Positions 26,537 through 35,131 of a stretch of 37,009 bases of DNA are shown here, one piece after another. The position numbers and the translations under genes were made by a program. This DNA is from Candidatus Kaiserbacteria bacterium (GTDB lineage: Bacteria; Patescibacteriota; Minisyncoccia; Phycocordibacterales; UBA918): NCBI GenBank assembly GCA_007117575.1, contig SKGH01000039.1:1-37009 (forward strand), given 5' to 3'. Position 1 is the first letter of the stretch. Each line of letters starts with the position of its first letter. The notes under the pieces were generated by a model. That model worked only from the letters and a program-made list of their open reading frames with translations, made no database searches and had not been told where the DNA came from.

Positions 26537-27568
26537 ATGTCCATTGAGTTGATACCTGCGGTAGATTTGGCTTCTTATACAACTTTAGGCGTGGGAGGGA
26601 AAGCGGATTACTTTGTCAGAATAGAAAGAGTGAAGGAGGTGCCTTGGTTGTGTGAAAAAATCATAAGCATGAGTTGTCCATTGACCATTTTGGGTGGAGG
26701 GTCCAACGTTTTGGTGTCTGATAGTGGCGTTAGAGGTGTGGTGGCACTGATGGCTATAGTGGGAATAGATACTAAGGAAGAGGGAGACGATGTTTTGGTT
26801 AGGGTGGGAGCGGGAGTGGTTTTTGATGACTTGGTTGAGTATTGCGCGCGTCAGGGCTGGTGGGGTTTAGAGAATCTGTCGCATATCCCCGGAACGGTGG
26901 GAGCAACACCGATACAAAATGTTGGCGCTTATGGCGTCGAGGTGTCTGAAGTTATAGATACGGTACAGGTTTTTGATCGTCAAAAAGAAAGGTTTATAGA
27001 CATGTTGGCGAGTGATTGTGGTTTTCAGTATCGTGATTCATTGTTTAAGAGTGCTAAGGGAAGGTTTATTGTAGTTTCGGTCACTTTTCGTTTGTCAAAA
27101 AAACCTATGCCAAAACTGCATTATGCCGATTTGAATCAATATTTTATTAGTAAAAAAAATATTGATGTTTGTGATGTGCGTAAGGCGGTTGTAGAGATAA
27201 GGTCAAACAAATTTCCTAAATGGCAAGATGGTTTGGTAGGTACCGCCGGTTCGTTTTTTAAAAACCCGATAGTTGACGAGACCACTCTGGCACGACTTAA
27301 GGCCAAATGTCCTGATCTGCCGGTTTACGAAGTTGGTAATGGTAAGGTTAAGTTGTCACTGGGGTGGATACTGGATAAGTTGTTAAACAGAAAAGGATAT
27401 AAAAAAGGTGCGGTAGGACATTACGAAAAACAAGCTTTGGTGTTGGTGGTGGATCATAAAAAGAGTTCAGCCGAGGAAATAGATTTATTCGCTAAAGAAG
27501 TTGAAGATTTGGTTAACAGTGAGTTGGGTATAAAGATAGAGAGAGAGGTTACTATGGTGGGGGTGTGA
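26537..27568 (+). CDS. murB: UDP-N-acetylenolpyruvoylglucosamine reductase
   Basis: ASYTTLGVGGKADYF, ILGGGSNVLVSD and GATPIQNVGAYGVE motifs. Confidence 0.9.
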   Translation: MSIELIPAVDLASYTTLGVGGKADYFVRIERVKEVPWLCEKIISMSCPLTILGGGSNVLVSDSGVRGVVALMAIVGIDTKEEGDDVLVRVGAGVVFDDLVEYCARQGWWGLENLSHIPGTVGATPIQNVGAYGVEVSEVIDTVQVFDRQKERFIDMLASDCGFQYRDSLFKSAKGRFIVVSVTFRLSKKPMPKLHYADLNQYFISKKNIDVCDVRKAVVEIRSNKFPKWQDGLVGTAGSFFKNPIVDETTLARLKAKCPDLPVYEVGNGKVKLSLGWILDKLLNRKGYKKGAVGHYEKQALVLVVDHKKSSAEEIDLFAKEVEDLVNSELGIKIEREVTMVGV

Positions 27569-27791
27569 ATTTGAAAACAATTTTTATTTTAAGTGTTGCG
27601 GTTTGCAAACAAAGCAAAAGATCATTAAAGGCAATTTATCCACAATATAAGCTCACTTATTTCTTGTGTTCGTTTGTAAGCAAAGTGATAATAGTAGTAA
27701 GTAGACATTCTCATTCCTTCTGTTCTTTGTCATTGAGAAGTCTCGAGGGTCGAACTATTATCCACTAAAGCATACTCTCACCACATAAAAT

Positions 27792-28043
27792 ATGCCAACA
27801 AAAAAGAAAACCACCACCAAGAAGCAACCGGTTCGCCGTGCTGTTTCTAAAGTGGCAAGTGCTAAAAAAGCGGTAAAAAAGACAGCTAAGACAGCCAAGA
27901 AAGCGGTGAAGCGAGCGACAGCCAAGACTACTCGCACTACCAAGAAAGTGGCAAAAACTGTTAAGAAAGCTGTCAAGAAACCTGCTAAGACAGTCAAGAA
28001 GGCAGTAAAAAAGACGACCAAAAAGGTATCAAAGAAACGCTAG
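27792..28043 (+). CDS. Lysine/alanine-rich histone-H1-like (Hc1-like) nucleoid protein
   Basis: 83 aa built of KKAVKK(T/P)AKT-type repeats. The antisense ORF 27758-28021 is its mirror artefact. Confidence 0.7.
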   Translation: MPTKKKTTTKKQPVRRAVSKVASAKKAVKKTAKTAKKAVKRATAKTTRTTKKVAKTVKKAVKKPAKTVKKAVKKTTKKVSKKR

Positions 28044-28074
28044 TGATTAGCATATAAAACGGCTTTAATAGTTG

Positions 28075-28102
28075 AAAACCGCCCCTCCACGGCGGTTTTC
28101 TT
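28075..28102 (+). terminator. Rho-independent terminator candidate after the histone-like gene
   Basis: aaaaccgcc-cctccac-ggcggtttt: ccgcc/ggcgg stem flanked by an A-run and a T-run (ggcggttttctt). Confidence 0.65.
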
Positions 28103-28370
28103 ATCGGTTATATTGTTGGTGCATTTGGGAAGCCCGGTATTTTTTAGATGATTTACTAATAAAAAGTGGTGTATATAGGTTTGGTAAAATAGAGCAAACC
28201 CAGGTAACTAATTGGTGAAAAGAGGAAGCGGTTATGGTATGCTTGTGGCGAGCTTGTTTGAAAGATGTTGTGAGGTCATTCTACTATAGAGTGATAGAGT
28301 ATACTTAAAATCTCCACAAGGTCTTGCTTTAAGAGTTTTTTTGCCAGTTATAAACATTATTATTTTCAAT

Positions 28371-30908
28371 ATGTCATTTCTAGATAGATTTTTCGGACCA
28401 TCGTATAAAAAAGAATTAAAAATAATCCAACCCATCGTTGACACTATAAACGCATTGGAGGCCGAGGTGGAAAAAAAGTCAGATGAAGACATAAAAGAGA
28501 GGGTTAAAGAGTTACGAGCGTCTGTCGCAGACGGTGCTTTAAGTATTGATGACGCCTTGCCGGAAATGTATGCCCTCACAAGAGAGGTGTCTAAACGTAC
28601 TTTAGAGTTACGCCATTATGATGTACAGCTTATAGGTGGCGTGTTGTTGCACCGAGGAAAAATAACTGAAATGCGGACTGGTGAAGGAAAAACTTTAGTA
28701 GGTACGTTACCGGCATCTTTAAACGCCATATCCGGCAAAGGTGTGCATGTGGTAACGGTCAATGACTATTTGGCAAGACGTGACGCTGTTTGGATGGGGC
28801 AAATATACAATGCTTTAGGTCTTAGCGTGGGTATTATAAATAGTAGCAGTTCTTATCTTTACGATGAAACACATACCGGCGACGCCTTGGACGCGCGTCG
28901 TGATGAACATGGTTCTTATAAAGTTGAGCAGGAATTTTTACGACCGGTAACCAGACGCGAGGCCTATTCCGCCGACATAACCTATGGTACTAACAACGAA
29001 TTCGGTTTTGATTACTTGCGTGACAATATAGAGTTGGAAGTAGACAGACTTAGGCAACGCGGTCACGTTTTCGCTATTATAGACGAGATCGACTCCATAC
29101 TTATAGATGAAGCCAGAACTCCTTTGATAATTTCCGCTCCGGCTGAAGAGGGGGAGAATCTTTATGAAACTTTTGCCGGTGTGGCTAGACAGTTACGTCC
29201 TGATGAACACTATGTTGTTGATGAGAAGCATAAAAGTGCCGACCTTACCGATGCCGGCATAACCGCCGCCGAAAAAATGTTAGGCATTGATAATATTTAT
29301 ACCGATAAAGGCATTAAGTATGTCCACCATTTGGAGACCGCCGTGCGTGCCAAGGCGCTTTATACGAAAGATAAAGAGTATGTGGTAAAAAATAACGAGA
29401 TTATCATAGTAGATGAGTTTACCGGCAGGATGCAACCGGGACGTCGTTGGTCTGAAGGTCTACACCAAGCCATAGAGGCAAAAGAGGGAGTTTCGATTCA
29501 GAAAGAGTCAAAGACATTTGCCTCCATAACCTATCAAAATTATTTTAAACTATATGACAAATTGGCCGGAATGACAGGCACAGCCCTGACTTCACAGGAG
29601 GAGTTTTATTCAGTTTATCAGTTAGATGTGGTACCGGTACCTACACATAGACCGTCTGCTCGTGTAGATCATAATGACCAAATTTATCAAAATGTGGCAG
29701 GTAAATACAAAGCTATTGTCAATAAGGTTAAAGAATTAAGTGAGAAAGGTCAGCCCGTATTGGTGGGTACCGCTTCTATAGATGTCAACGAAACACTGTC
29801 TAGAGCATTTGCGGAGGCGGGTATCAAACACGAAATGTTAAACGCCAAAAACCACGAACAAGAAGGTGAGATAATAGCAAACGCGGGGCGTAAGGGGGCT
29901 GTTACTCTAGCTACTAACATGGCGGGTCGTGGTGTTGATATAAAGTTGGGAGGGACAAACGCGACCAAGGAGCAAGCGGAAGAAGTGAAGGCGCTGGGCG
30001 GTTTGTTTGTTCTAGGAACCGAACGACACGAGGCGAGACGTATTGATAATCAGTTGCGCGGTAGAGCCGGTCGACAGGGTGACCCGGGCGAGACACAGTT
30101 TTTCGTCTCTATGGAAGATCAGTTGATGCGTGTTTTTGGTGGAGAGAGAATGAAAAGTTTGATGGGTACTTTTAAAATACCTGAAGACCAACCGATAGAA
30201 GTAAAAATGTTAAGCAAACAGTTGGAATCCGCGCAGACACGTATAGAGGGCTTTCATTTTGATGCTCGCAAGCAAGTCTTGGCGTACGACAACGTGCTTA
30301 ATGCTCAACGTCATGTCATATACGAACGACGTAATAAATTACTTCGTTCTGACGAGTCCGAGGTGCAGGCGGTACTGGATGAAGTAATAGAACTGGAACC
30401 TTCAGTAGCCGAAGCTATAGAGCAGAAGAAGAAAGAATTTGGTGAGGAAAAGTGGAATATATTGACTCGACGCCTTGCTCTGCAGATGATAGATACTCTA
30501 TGGGTTGAACATCTGGAAGTCATGCAGTACGCCCGTTCCAGCGTCAATCTAAGGGCTTACGGTCAGCGTGATCCTTTGATTGAATATAGAAAGGAAGGCA
30601 AGCGTTTATTTGCGCAAATGCAGGTGGTTACTTTGGAGAGAATAGCCGACCTCATACCTAAAATACAACCCGAAGCTTTGGAACGTGAGGAAGAAAAAAT
30701 TCGCGCTTTGAAAGCAAAAGCGGTATTGGCGGGTGCCGTTAAGAAAAATGAAGCAAACAATAAAAATAGCAAACCGATAGTAAAGGTGAAAAGTTATGGT
30801 CGCAATGATATAGTTACCATAAGTAACGGTAGTGAGACAAGAGAAATGAAGTTCAAGAAAGCAGAACCGTTATTGTCGAGTGGAGACTGGAAATTGTTAA
30901 GTAAATAG
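28371..30908 (+). CDS. secA: Preprotein translocase ATPase SecA
   Basis: MSFLDRFFG start (ORF track 28341 is TTG). MRTGEGKTLV Walker A, IIDEIDSILIDEARTPLIIS DEAD-like, TNMAGRGVDI motifs. Confidence 0.95.
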   Translation: MSFLDRFFGPSYKKELKIIQPIVDTINALEAEVEKKSDEDIKERVKELRASVADGALSIDDALPEMYALTREVSKRTLELRHYDVQLIGGVLLHRGKITEMRTGEGKTLVGTLPASLNAISGKGVHVVTVNDYLARRDAVWMGQIYNALGLSVGIINSSSSYLYDETHTGDALDARRDEHGSYKVEQEFLRPVTRREAYSADITYGTNNEFGFDYLRDNIELEVDRLRQRGHVFAIIDEIDSILIDEARTPLIISAPAEEGENLYETFAGVARQLRPDEHYVVDEKHKSADLTDAGITAAEKMLGIDNIYTDKGIKYVHHLETAVRAKALYTKDKEYVVKNNEIIIVDEFTGRMQPGRRWSEGLHQAIEAKEGVSIQKESKTFASITYQNYFKLYDKLAGMTGTALTSQEEFYSVYQLDVVPVPTHRPSARVDHNDQIYQNVAGKYKAIVNKVKELSEKGQPVLVGTASIDVNETLSRAFAEAGIKHEMLNAKNHEQEGEIIANAGRKGAVTLATNMAGRGVDIKLGGTNATKEQAEEVKALGGLFVLGTERHEARRIDNQLRGRAGRQGDPGETQFFVSMEDQLMRVFGGERMKSLMGTFKIPEDQPIEVKMLSKQLESAQTRIEGFHFDARKQVLAYDNVLNAQRHVIYERRNKLLRSDESEVQAVLDEVIELEPSVAEAIEQKKKEFGEEKWNILTRRLALQMIDTLWVEHLEVMQYARSSVNLRAYGQRDPLIEYRKEGKRLFAQMQVVTLERIADLIPKIQPEALEREEEKIRALKAKAVLAGAVKKNEANNKNSKPIVKVKSYGRNDIVTISNGSETREMKFKKAEPLLSSGDWKLLSK

Positions 30909-30930
30909 TCATAAGCGTAAAACACCATCA

Positions 30931-31009
30931 CTTTGGTTGAAAGTGACCGAAAAAAATCAACCTTCATGCAAGTCATGGTTCGGACGAATTTGCGGTTTTT
31001 GATGGTCAC
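30931..31009. repeat. Imperfect palindrome resembling decayed back-to-back MITE-A right ends; possible secA terminator
   Basis: ggttgaaagtgaccgaaa....gcaagtcatg resembles ggtttgagtgacgaaa....gtaagtcatg. gtgacc (30943) pairs with ggtcac (31004), followed by atcttttt. Confidence 0.3.
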
Positions 31010-31079
31010 ACTATCTTTTTCGGTATAGCTGTATAGCTAAACTTTTGTTTAAAAATCTTTCAAAAATTTTGTATTTCGT

Positions 31080-31460
31080 ATGGCAATAATAGTCACTAAA
31101 GTTTTGTTGACGGCTGTAACTTTATTGGTGGTGGCGGAGATACTGCCCGGCATCAATGTCAGTAGTGTTTATATAGCGGTTATAACCGCCATCATACTCG
31201 GGTTTTTAAACCTTACCGTTAAACCGATACTCATTTTACTTACATTGCCTGTAAGTATTATGTCTATGGGTTTTTTTCTTTTTATTATTAACGCTTTACT
31301 TTTTTGGTTTGCTTCATCTTTTATACAGGGCTTTGAAGTGAATAACTTTTGGTACGCTTTGCTCGGCTCTTTGTTGGTATCTTTAGCCAGTATATTGGGT
31401 AATCGTTTTTTATTAAAAACCAACAGGGGAGATGTTGATGTAAAAATAATACATAAGTAA
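31080..31460 (+). CDS. Holin superfamily IV / YvlD-like small membrane protein
   Basis: 4 TM segments; LPGINVSSVYIAVITAIILGFLNLTVKPILILLTLPVSIMSMGFFLFIINALLF matches the family pattern. Confidence 0.7.
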   Translation: MAIIVTKVLLTAVTLLVVAEILPGINVSSVYIAVITAIILGFLNLTVKPILILLTLPVSIMSMGFFLFIINALLFWFASSFIQGFEVNNFWYALLGSLLVSLASILGNRFLLKTNRGDVDVKIIHK

Positions 31461-31546
31461 TTAAAAACCCTTAATAGTAAGCTCAATGTTTAATAAAATG
31501 TTTAAAAAAGTTGTAGTTTTTATCATTTCATGTTATCGATGTGTAT

Positions 31547-32524
31547 ATGTTTGTAGATCAATTAGTCATAAAAGCGAAAGCGGGCGATGGTGGTGATGGC
31601 GTTGTGCGTTGGCATCGAGAGAAATTTAAACCCAAAGGAGGTCCCAGTGGTGGAGATGGTGGGCGTGGTGGAGATGTGTATTTTATTGCCGTAAGAGACC
31701 TTAACCGCTTAGCTTCCTATAGTGGTGTAAAGCTTTTTTCTGCCAGAGATGGAGAAGACGGTGGACGCATGAGTCGCACAGGAGCCGGCAGTGCGGATCT
31801 TTATATTGAAGTACCGGTGGGTTCGGTTGTGACTGACACTGGCAGAGGTAGAGTGTATGAGTTATTTTCTGAGGGCGCAAAAGAGCGTGTTTTGAGAGGC
31901 GGTAGAGGAGGGTATGGAAATGAACATTTTAAATCTTCACGCAATACCGCACCACAAGAAGCGTCGGAGGGAACAAAAGGCGAGTCAGGAGAGTTCCTAG
32001 TAGAGCTAACCTTAGTGGTCGACGTGGGTCTTATCGGGTTACCAAACGCCGGTAAGTCATCTCTGTTAAACAGTTTAACCAACGCTCGATCAAAAGTAGG
32101 TGACTATGCTTTCACAACCATCCAACCCCATCTCGGTGCTTTGTATGAGTTTGTGGTGGTAGATATACCGGGATTGATAGAGGGTGCCGCCGAAGGGAAA
32201 GGTTTAGGGCATAAATTTCTACGGCATGCCAGCCGGACTAAATTACTCCTACATCTAGTCTCTTTAACGGAAAAAGACCCTTTAAAGGCATATATGACAG
32301 TCAGAAAAGAGCTGGAAAGTTTTAAAAAAGAATTATCAGAACGTGAAGAGTGGATAATTTTAACTAAAAATGACCTTGTAACTAGCCAAATAATTAACGA
32401 TACCTTAGAAAGGATTGACAAAAATAACAAACGTGTGTTTGTAATCTCAACAGAAACATGTTCCGGTGTAAAAATGCTGAAAGATGAGCTTGTAAAGCAC
32501 TTAAGAGCCACTTCTACTGACTAA
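31547..32524 (+). CDS. obg: GTPase Obg/CgtA (short form, no C-terminal extension)
   Basis: MFVDQLVIKAKAGDGGDGVV glycine-rich N-domain, GLPNAGKSSL G1 and DIPGLIEGA G3. ORF track start 31541 is GTG. Confidence 0.92.
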   Translation: MFVDQLVIKAKAGDGGDGVVRWHREKFKPKGGPSGGDGGRGGDVYFIAVRDLNRLASYSGVKLFSARDGEDGGRMSRTGAGSADLYIEVPVGSVVTDTGRGRVYELFSEGAKERVLRGGRGGYGNEHFKSSRNTAPQEASEGTKGESGEFLVELTLVVDVGLIGLPNAGKSSLLNSLTNARSKVGDYAFTTIQPHLGALYEFVVVDIPGLIEGAAEGKGLGHKFLRHASRTKLLLHLVSLTEKDPLKAYMTVRKELESFKKELSEREEWIILTKNDLVTSQIINDTLERIDKNNKRVFVISTETCSGVKMLKDELVKHLRATSTD

Positions 32525-32634
32525 AAAGTCACTTTTGGTGGCGAAAAAGAGCATATTTAGAGTGTTTATACAGGTACTGAGTTGAGCCTATTTGCGCCTC
32601 ATATTTTTTTGCTATGTCTTCTAAAGAGTCAGAC

Positions 32635-32749
32635 CTGCAAGTGAAGGGTGTGTCGCAAGGGTGTATCGCAGAGGTGTTGTGTATAGTTATCGCTTGGGTT
32701 TTTAGTGTAGAGTTGTCGCATAAGGTTGTCGTGTAGCTATGTGGCAGAG
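32635..32749 (+). repeat. G/T-rich degenerate tandem array with ~13-bp period carrying five TRTCGCW/TGTCGTG boxes
   Basis: gtgtgtcgcaagg gtgtatcgcagag gtgttgtgtatag ttatcgcttgg ... ttgtcgcataag gttgtcgtgtag ctatgtggcagag. Confidence 0.6.
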
Positions 32750-32882
32750 ATTATTTTGGTAGATTTTCTAGTTTTAGAAAAGATGAAGAGAGAAAAATTA
32801 AACTCCATTTAAAATTATCTACACTTTTGTTCAAATCCGCAGACCGGTATGCTTTCTTAAATTCAAGATAGTTTTTTTAATC

Positions 32883-33009
32883 CATGACTTATGCCTTTCT
32901 AATGAAGTTCGAGGCGCTGATGAGCGAAAACCCGAGGCGTACTTGGTGGTACAATGAACGGTTTGAGTGACGAAAGCAACAAAGAAATTCGCCAAACGCG
33001 TAAGTCATG
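32883..33009 (+). mobile_element. MITE-A, intact copy (127 bp) with 5-bp TSD TAATC
   Basis: Termini catgacttatgccttt / aaacgcgtaagtcatg. taatc at 32878-32882 and 33010-33014. Confidence 0.85.
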
Positions 33010-33187
33010 TAATCACTTTTTTTATAAAGCTGAACGGCTTTCGTTCATAGTTGAAGCGTACAATTTATCGTGGTGGTAGTTTGGCTTTAAAATAAATTTT
33101 CAATTTCTATTGAAACTCAAAAGTTAACAGGTGAAAAATATTTCTCCCACTTGTGATTAGTAACTTAACGTCGTACTATAGTGGTCT

Positions 33188-34597
33188 ATGAAAAATAAAT
33201 ATACACCAACCATCGGCATCGAAGTCCATGCTGAATTAAAAACCAAGAGTAAAATGTTTTGTTCGTGTGCCAATGATCCCCACGCGTCTTTACCTAATAC
33301 TCATATATGTCCCGTATGTCTGGCTCACCCCGGAACACTGCCGGTTGTAAATGAAGAGGCGGTAAAGTCTATATTGAAAATAGGTTTGGCAATAGAAGGT
33401 GAATTGGCTGAATACAGTGAGTTTGACCGCAAGCATTATTTTTATCCGGACATACCTAAGGCGTACCAAATAAGTCAGTATCAATATCCATTTGTATCAG
33501 GCGGTTCGATTGCCGGAGTTGAGATAACACGTATTCATCTGGAAGAAGACACGGCACGTAGTATACACGACCAAGGAGAAGGAAGCTTAATAGATTTTAA
33601 TCGGTCAGGGGTACCTCTGATGGAGCTGGTAACCGAGCCGGTAATTCATGACTCGTCAACGGCGGGAAATTTTGCCAGAGAATTACAACTGCTACTTAGA
33701 ACCCTTGGCGTCTCTGACGCTAATATGGAAAAAGGGGAAATGAGAGTAGAAGCCAATGTGTCACTAAGTTGTGACAATGTACTGGGCACCAAAGTAGAAG
33801 TTAAAAATCTTAACTCTTTTAAGTCCGTAGAAAATGCCATTGCTTATGAAATAGAGAGACAGACAGCGGTACTTGATAGTGGTGAGATGGTAGTACAAGA
33901 AACTCGCGGTTGGGATGAAAATAAGATGAACACTTTTACGCAAAGGCGAAAGGAAACAGCTAAAGACTATCGATATTTTCCCGATCCTGACGTACCTAAA
34001 TTGGTACGTTCAGAAAATGAACAATTATCAAACTCTGGTCTAGGCGAGAAAACACTAAATACACCTCAAAAAAAGCGCTTAAAATATACAAATCTCGGTC
34101 TAACGAGTGACCAGATAGAGACTATTATTTCAGTTCCTGCTTACGATGAGTTCTTTACCCGTGCGCTTGAAAACGCCTCAGGTGAGGTGGCGCCAAAAAT
34201 GATTGCCAATTACTTCATAACCGACGTGTTGTCGGTCATTTCAGCCGGTAAACAAATTTCTGATGCAGACCCAAGCTCATTTGCTAAATTGATGCACTTA
34301 CTGGCATCATCTAAAATAAATTCTCGTGTAGCCAAGGACATACTATTTGAAGCCGTTTTTGAAGGTCATGACCCTGAAGTTATCGCCGAAGATCGCGGAT
34401 TGCTACAAAAAAATGACACCTCTGCCCTTAAGGAAGTTGTTGCCGAAGTGGTAAGTCAAAATCAATCAGTCGTGGCAGAGTACAAGTCCGGTAAGGATTC
34501 AGCCCTCCAGTTCTTAATCGGTCAAGGTATGAAGATTACCAAAGGCAGTGCCAACCCTAGCTTGCTAAAAGAGTTGATTCTGGAGGAGATTGCTTAA
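33188..34597 (+). CDS. gatB: Asp-tRNA(Asn)/Glu-tRNA(Gln) amidotransferase subunit B
   Basis: PTIGIEVHAELKTKSKMFCSC, CPVCLAHPGTLPV and RIHLEEDTA motifs. No gatA/gatC adjacent. Confidence 0.95.
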   Translation: MKNKYTPTIGIEVHAELKTKSKMFCSCANDPHASLPNTHICPVCLAHPGTLPVVNEEAVKSILKIGLAIEGELAEYSEFDRKHYFYPDIPKAYQISQYQYPFVSGGSIAGVEITRIHLEEDTARSIHDQGEGSLIDFNRSGVPLMELVTEPVIHDSSTAGNFARELQLLLRTLGVSDANMEKGEMRVEANVSLSCDNVLGTKVEVKNLNSFKSVENAIAYEIERQTAVLDSGEMVVQETRGWDENKMNTFTQRRKETAKDYRYFPDPDVPKLVRSENEQLSNSGLGEKTLNTPQKKRLKYTNLGLTSDQIETIISVPAYDEFFTRALENASGEVAPKMIANYFITDVLSVISAGKQISDADPSSFAKLMHLLASSKINSRVAKDILFEAVFEGHDPEVIAEDRGLLQKNDTSALKEVVAEVVSQNQSVVAEYKSGKDSALQFLIGQGMKITKGSANPSLLKELILEEIA

Positions 34598-34794
34598 AGT
34601 TTGTGTTTAGACAACTGACTGTTATTGAATATATACTTCCGAGATATAGGCAAGCAGATATTTGTTGCCAATGATATATATTTTTATATTGACTGGCTAC
34701 GCCGGTTTTTTGCCAAGATTTATTTATAAGCCATGCTTCATAGCGCTGGTCGTTGTTTAAAGAAATTTTGTCAGTAACGACAGTTTAACTGTTA

Positions 34795-35060
34795 CATGAC
34801 TTACGCGTTTCTGATGAAGTTCGAGGCGCTGACCCAACCCCGGTTTCCTTGATCATTTATATTCTTTCGTGACTGACTAAAACGATTTGGTTTATTACGT
34901 TAGTAATAAATGTTTACCGGAACTATAGCTGGGTGAGGCGTACTTGGTAGTACGATGAACGGTTTGAGTGACGATCACACTTAAGATATTTTTCATTAAA
35001 ATATTTTTATTTTAATGAATTGTAAGTCTACTTTAATCAAATCAATACGGGTAAGTCCTG
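34795..35060 (+). mobile_element. MITE-A variant carrying inner module B (internally deleted) and a diverged right part
   Basis: Left TIR catgacttacgcgttt at 34795. Module B at 34833-34934 sits between gcgctga and gaggcgtac. The core runs to 34973, with a TIR-like aatacgggtaagtcctg at 35044-35060. No TSD detectable. Confidence 0.65.
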
Positions 35061-35131
35061 GCAAGTACATTTTGCTATCCCCATTTATTCATGTCGTCAC
35101 TTTGTATTATTGAGCTATACTATTGTGTAGT

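Noticed and set aside
27636-27766. Perfect DnaA box TTATCCACA (27636-27644) and near-box TTATCCACT (27758-27766) in the murB / histone-like spacer, as a possible origin of replication.
   Set aside because: There are only two boxes, no dnaA/dnaN or AT-rich unwinding-element arrangement, and the count is compatible with chance in AT-rich DNA. Confirmation would need a GC-skew inflection from the whole genome.
27565-27768. 67-aa ORF downstream of murB, and similar intergenic ORFs 2111-2383, 14164-14346 and 16768-16965.
   Set aside because: They have no family resemblance and odd composition, and they overlap promoter or terminator regions or neighbouring genes. They are most likely non-coding.
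28341-28370. N-terminal extensions given by the ORF track: secA 28341, obg 31541, 35123, 22645, 10226, 874, 2271 and 12849.
   Set aside because: All begin at TTG or GTG and add residues absent from the conserved family N-termini. In-frame ATGs give canonical starts such as MSFLDRFFG and MFVDQ, or an ATGA overlap coupling.
32829-32849. tRNA 3-prime-end-like string GTTCAAATCCGCAGACCGGTA, as a possible tRNA or attachment-site relic.
   Set aside because: The upstream sequence cannot form the T-stem or any cloverleaf. A 9-mer T-loop match is expected by chance at about this window size.
32883-33009. Hammerhead-ribozyme-like core in MITE-A: CUGAUGA ... GAAA, with the TIRs as stem I.
   Set aside because: CTGATGA is present only in the 34795 and 36889 copies; the others read GGATGA, CTAATGA or CCGATGA. 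The position required to be U before the cleavage site is C. No stem III pairing could be drawn, and the stem II closing pair is A-C.
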